Origin: Candidatus Micrarchaeota archaeon
Lineage (GTDB): Archaea > Micrarchaeota > Micrarchaeia > Anstonellales > Anstonellaceae
DNA length: 11,730 nt
Assembly (NCBI GenBank): GCA_043810635.1
Contig: JBDRNY010000039.1
Location: 1 to 11,730, forward strand
Direction of reading: 5' to 3'
Shown here one piece after another: positions 8,887 through 11,730 of the stretch. The position numbers were made by a program, and so were the translations under genes. The stretch's first letter is position 1; each line of letters opens with the position of its first letter. Under the pieces are notes generated by a model. It worked only from the letters and a program-made list of their open reading frames with translations. It was not told where the DNA came from and searched no databases.

Positions 8887-9501
8887 TTATTTCGCCTCAT
8901 TTTTCTTTTCATCAACATTTTCTTTTTTGCCAGAATAAACGCTTACTTGTGCAGGGCGCAGAAGCCTTTCTCCGACAAGGTATCCTTTTCTCAAAACTTT
9001 TGCAATTTCCTCTTCATTCCCGCCAGGCACCTGCATCATTACTTCATGAAAATGCGGGTTGATGTTTCCTGAGCAGGGAATTTCCCTCACTCCTGAAGAG
9101 GAAATAATTGAATTCAGTTTTTTTGAAAGCAATTTCATGCCATCATCATCTTTTTTATGCAAAAGGGCTGAATCAAATTCATCGCGCAATACAAGCAATT
9201 GCAATAAAACATCCTCTTTTCCAATCTGCCTTGCCATTTGCTTTTCCTTTTCAACCCTTTTTTTGTAATTGTCAAATTCTGCCGCAATTCTTTTCAAATC
9301 ATTTTCATATTCCTTGCATTTTTTCTCTAAATTTCCCTCTTTTGCATATTTTTCCTTTTCGCCTTTCGCTTGCATGCTGTGTTCTGTGCTTTCATCCTTC
9401 CATTTTTCCTTTTCGTCGTTCGCTTGCATGCCATCTTCAGCCTTTCCATCCTTCCCGCTTTTTTCATTTTCGCCTTTCTTATGCTTCCCTTCTTTTCCCA
9501 T
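8887..9501 (-). CDS. grpE: Nucleotide exchange factor GrpE
   Basis: LKRIAAEFDNYKKRVEKE, NPHFHEVM, VLRKGYLVGERLLRPAQVSV. Adjacent to dnaK, with a GGTGA SD at 9508-9512. Confidence 0.97.
   Translation of the reverse strand: MGKEGKHKKGENEKSGKDGKAEDGMQANDEKEKWKDESTEHSMQAKGEKEKYAKEGNLEKKCKEYENDLKRIAAEFDNYKKRVEKEKQMARQIGKEDVLLQLLVLRDEFDSALLHKKDDDGMKLLSKKLNSIISSSGVREIPCSGNINPHFHEVMMQVPGGNEEEIAKVLRKGYLVGERLLRPAQVSVYSGKKENVDEKKNEAK
9348..9431. repeat. In-frame 54-bp-period direct repeat in the grpE 5' region
   Basis: atttttccttttcgcctttcgcttgcatgc (9348-9377) versus atttttccttttcgtcgttcgcttgcatgc (9402-9431), 28/30 identical. Encodes MQAKGEKEK and MQANDEKEK. Confidence 0.8.
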
Positions 9502-9513
9502 AAAAATTCACCA

Positions 9514-9984
9514 TCAATTTTTTTCCTTCTTTTTTTCAGAATCCCCGCCTTCCACAGCAATTATCCTTCTTCTGGGCCTTTTTGGCATTGGGGGAAAATA
9601 TTCATCATCAATTCTTTCTGCCAGCACTTCAGCTTCATTCATCATCATATCCATCTCCCCCCGCATCCTTCTTACAATTTCTGAAAATCCTGAAGGCAAA
9701 ATCAGGTATTTGTGCTGCTTTCTTTGCACAATTCCCGCATTTTCCAATCTTTTGAGGTGGTGCATAACAGTAATTCTGTTAAGCCGGGCAAGCCCTGCAA
9801 GCTCGGAGCTTCCTATGGGAGAATCTGCTGATTCCTCCAGCATGGTGCGTATAACAGTGGTAACAGTGCCGTCCAAATCCCTTCTGGAAACCAGGCGGAT
9901 GGAGCGACAAAGCCTTTCAAGCTCGTCCTCCTCTGTTAATGCAGCAGGGGAAGCTCTTTTTGATTTTACAAGTGTTAATATCAT
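9514..9984 (-). CDS. Winged-HTH transcriptional regulator (ArsR-like), first gene of the chaperone cluster
   Basis: IGSSELAGLARLNRITVMHHLKRLENAGIVQRKQHKYLI is a typical wHTH, followed by a long helix. True start is probably ATG 9984, since the ORF extension to 10035 is AT-rich promoter sequence. Stop lies 12 nt before the grpE ATG. Confidence 0.88.
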   Translation of the reverse strand: MILTLVKSKRASPAALTEEDELERLCRSIRLVSRRDLDGTVTTVIRTMLEESADSPIGSSELAGLARLNRITVMHHLKRLENAGIVQRKQHKYLILPSGFSEIVRRMRGEMDMMMNEAEVLAERIDDEYFPPMPKRPRRRIIAVEGGDSEKKKEKN

Positions 9985-10007
9985 ATTTACAATTATGAAA
10001 GTAAAAC

Positions 10008-10015
10008 TATTTAAA
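10008..10015 (-). promoter_or_regulatory. Putative TATA box of the regulator-grpE-dnaK operon
   Basis: TTTAAATA on the minus strand 24-31 nt upstream of ATG 9984. No SD before that ATG, consistent with a leaderless first gene. Confidence 0.65.
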
Positions 10016-10040
10016 TGTATATACCATATTGACACTTTCC

Positions 10041-11462
10041 CTATTCCGCCTTTTTCTTCTCAATAAAGCTTCTTAATGTAAAATATGCAAAGCGCAAAAT
10101 GGATTGCAGGAAATAGAATGCGCTTCCCCTGAATTTCATGAGAAAGTAGGCTACAATAAGAAGAACAAGGGCTTCAACAAGTATGATAATAATCTCGGTT
10201 TTCCGCTCCTCTTCTATTTTCTTTGTCACCTCTTCGGGAATTTCCTCTTCGGTAATTCCCCCCGGAGGCGGCTTGACATATGTGCTTTTCAAAAGCTGGA
10301 TTGTAAGGGTTGCATTTTCATAAGGGCTTGTTGCAACTATGTCAAATCTCGTATCTTCAACAACGCAAAATATCCTGTAAAAGCGTATATGGCTTTGGTT
10401 GAAAGTCTGGTTTTGCTCCAAAGTGAGCGCCAAAGTTTGGTTGCCGTCTTCTGCTTTTGCCACAACCTGCTTCATCACCCCTTTTCTCGGGTCGGTTATA
10501 TTCACCTCAACCCTGTAGCAGGATTCTCCCAAATGTATAATTGATGGGTCATGGATTTTCAGCAGCTGTTTGGATATTAATTTGTCTGAAAGGTTTTGGG
10601 AGAGGTTGAAAGTTTTTGTGTATGTGTAATTGTAAATCTCCCAGGAAAGGTTTATTTGCTCATAAGACACGTCAAAAATCCTCAAATAACCTATAGAATC
10701 TGTCCTGTAAATTATGGTGTAATTTCCTGCTTTTATTGTAAACAAATGGTCTGAAAGCACTTTTCCGGTAGACTCATACATCTGCACTGTCCAATTATAG
10801 CTTTTGTTTGAATCAACCAATTTCGGAGTGGTGAAGGGGTAGTTTATTGAAATGAAAAATGAGCGCTTTGTTTCATTTATGTCTGGGGGGAGAAATTCAA
10901 ATTCTTCCATAAACCCGCTGTGCTCAACCCTTCCGTTTACCAAAGAGCGCGAGGGAAGGCGGAATTGCGCAATTCCGTTTGAGCTTGTCTTTTTTTCAAG
11001 GAAAATCGGCTGGAAAATTCTCACTTTTATTCCGCTCATCGGCGTGCCTTCCTCGTTAAGTACCCTCACGCGGTATGTGTCAAAAATAAAGGGCATTGAG
11101 AAATTTGCATAAATTTCCCTCGGCTCTTTTTTCGGTATTCTCACCCTGAGCATTTCAGAAGACCAGTAGGGGGAGTATGCTTCCAATTGCATATAATCTG
11201 AAGGGGTTGAATTTTCAGTAAAATAAATTATGGTTTCCCACCTTCCCCCCACATCTGTAAATCCCTCATCATAAACATTTTCAATAGTTTCATTAATCAA
11301 TTCCTGGTAATTTGCAACCACCTGCACATCAGAAACAACATGGCCCTCCCCGTCATAAACAACAACAATCAAATCCACACTCTCTTCTACTGCAAAAAGC
11401 GCGCCTGAGAGAAAGAGAAAAAATAGGGCGAATACTGCCTTGAAAGCGCTTTGCTTTTCCAT
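10041..11462 (-). CDS. Membrane-anchored cell-surface glycoprotein with carboxypeptidase-regulatory-like/Ig-like beta-sandwich repeats
   Basis: Signal peptide (AFKAVFALFFLFLSGALFA), three V.V.(D/N/E)..G....S...T...G motifs, 16 N-x-S/T sequons by my count, a PPPGG/Glu linker and a C-terminal TM helix (IIIILVEALVLLIVAYFLM). ATG at 11462 (track uses TTG 11465). Confidence 0.85.
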   Translation of the reverse strand: MEKQSAFKAVFALFFLFLSGALFAVEESVDLIVVVYDGEGHVVSDVQVVANYQELINETIENVYDEGFTDVGGRWETIIYFTENSTPSDYMQLEAYSPYWSSEMLRVRIPKKEPREIYANFSMPFIFDTYRVRVLNEEGTPMSGIKVRIFQPIFLEKKTSSNGIAQFRLPSRSLVNGRVEHSGFMEEFEFLPPDINETKRSFFISINYPFTTPKLVDSNKSYNWTVQMYESTGKVLSDHLFTIKAGNYTIIYRTDSIGYLRIFDVSYEQINLSWEIYNYTYTKTFNLSQNLSDKLISKQLLKIHDPSIIHLGESCYRVEVNITDPRKGVMKQVVAKAEDGNQTLALTLEQNQTFNQSHIRFYRIFCVVEDTRFDIVATSPYENATLTIQLLKSTYVKPPPGGITEEEIPEEVTKKIEEERKTEIIIILVEALVLLIVAYFLMKFRGSAFYFLQSILRFAYFTLRSFIEKKKAE

Positions 11463-11483
11463 CAAATTAAGAATAGATGGGAG

Positions 11484-11531
11484 ATTTAAAATTCCTTGCC
11501 TGTAAAAAACGCATTCAAATTAGTTAAAAAG
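11484..11531. promoter_or_regulatory. Divergent promoter region for the surface protein gene and the tRNA
   Basis: TTTTAAAT on the minus strand (11491-11484) about 22-29 nt before ATG 11462. TTAAAAAG on the plus strand (11524-11531) about 26-33 nt before the tRNA 5' end. Confidence 0.45.
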
Positions 11532-11556
11532 ACCAATTGCACTAAATTTAATCTGC

Positions 11557-11729
11557 GGGCCCGTAGCTCAGCCTGGATAGAGCGGTGTCCTCCTAAGAGC
11601 CCTTTTTCTTTCTTGGAAGAAAGAAAAAACCCTCGGGGAAAAAGAAAGAACCGACGGCATTTTCCAAAAAGAAAGAAAAGGAATGCAGGAGACAGACAAA
11701 GGCCGTGAGTTCAAATCTCACCGGGCCCG
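11557..11729 (+). tRNA. tRNA-Arg(CCT) with a 98-nt intron at canonical position 37/38
   Basis: Acceptor GGGCCCG/CGGGCCC, D arm GCTC-AGCCTGGATA-GAGC, anticodon stem GTGTC/GACAA, anticodon CCT at 11592-11594, T arm GTGAG-TTCAAAT-CTCAC, discriminator G 11729, no encoded CCA. Exons 11557-11595 and 11694-11729. Confidence 0.95.
11596..11693 (+). other. Archaeal tRNA intron with relaxed bulge-helix-bulge junctions
   Basis: CTCC (11590-11593) pairs with GGAG (11688-11691) as the 4-bp central helix, flanked by 3-nt bulges TA|A and AC|A. Removing 11596-11693 restores the 7-nt loop CTCCTAA. Confidence 0.88.
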
Positions 11730-11730
11730 A

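Noticed and set aside
9985..10040. CIRCE element or hrcA assignment
   Set aside because: No TTAGCACTC-N9-GAGTGCTAA match seen, and the regulator is less than half the size of HrcA.
9269..10066. 265-aa plus-strand ORF
   Set aside because: Phe/Ser-rich antisense shadow of the Lys/Glu-rich grpE and regulator genes.
11496..11708. 70-aa ORF on the plus strand
   Set aside because: Overlaps the tRNA-Arg and its intron. The Lys/Arg run is just the translated purine tracts, and it is too short for an intron-encoded endonuclease.
11694..11730. tRNA 3' end as an integration (att) site
   Set aside because: No integrase or duplicated tRNA fragment in the window, and the sequence ends one base after the tRNA, so it cannot be assessed.

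Overview
Archaeal chromosomal segment, probably from a DPANN lineage such as Micrarchaeota. That placement is an inference from TATA boxes about 23-31 nt before apparently leaderless starts, GGTGA Shine-Dalgarno sites, an intron-containing tRNA without encoded CCA, and Lys-rich proteins. The core is a minus-strand heat-shock cluster: winged-HTH (ArsR-like) regulator, grpE, dnaK, hsp20, dnaJ, then a MidA/NDUFAF7-like SAM methyltransferase whose start overlaps the dnaJ stop. Further downstream on the minus strand are a Lys-rich ~550-aa hypothetical protein, an M24B Xaa-Pro peptidase, a small zinc-ribbon protein and a secreted six-repeat Cys-rich protein with a C-terminal anchor, which converges on a secreted helical protein. 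Upstream are a sequon-rich membrane-anchored surface protein and a divergent tRNA-Arg(CCT) with a 98-nt repetitive intron. The best leads are the non-HrcA regulator in the hrcA position (with sHSP-like segments), the methyltransferase coupled to dnaJ, and the tRNA intron. No mobile element or CRISPR array is evident.
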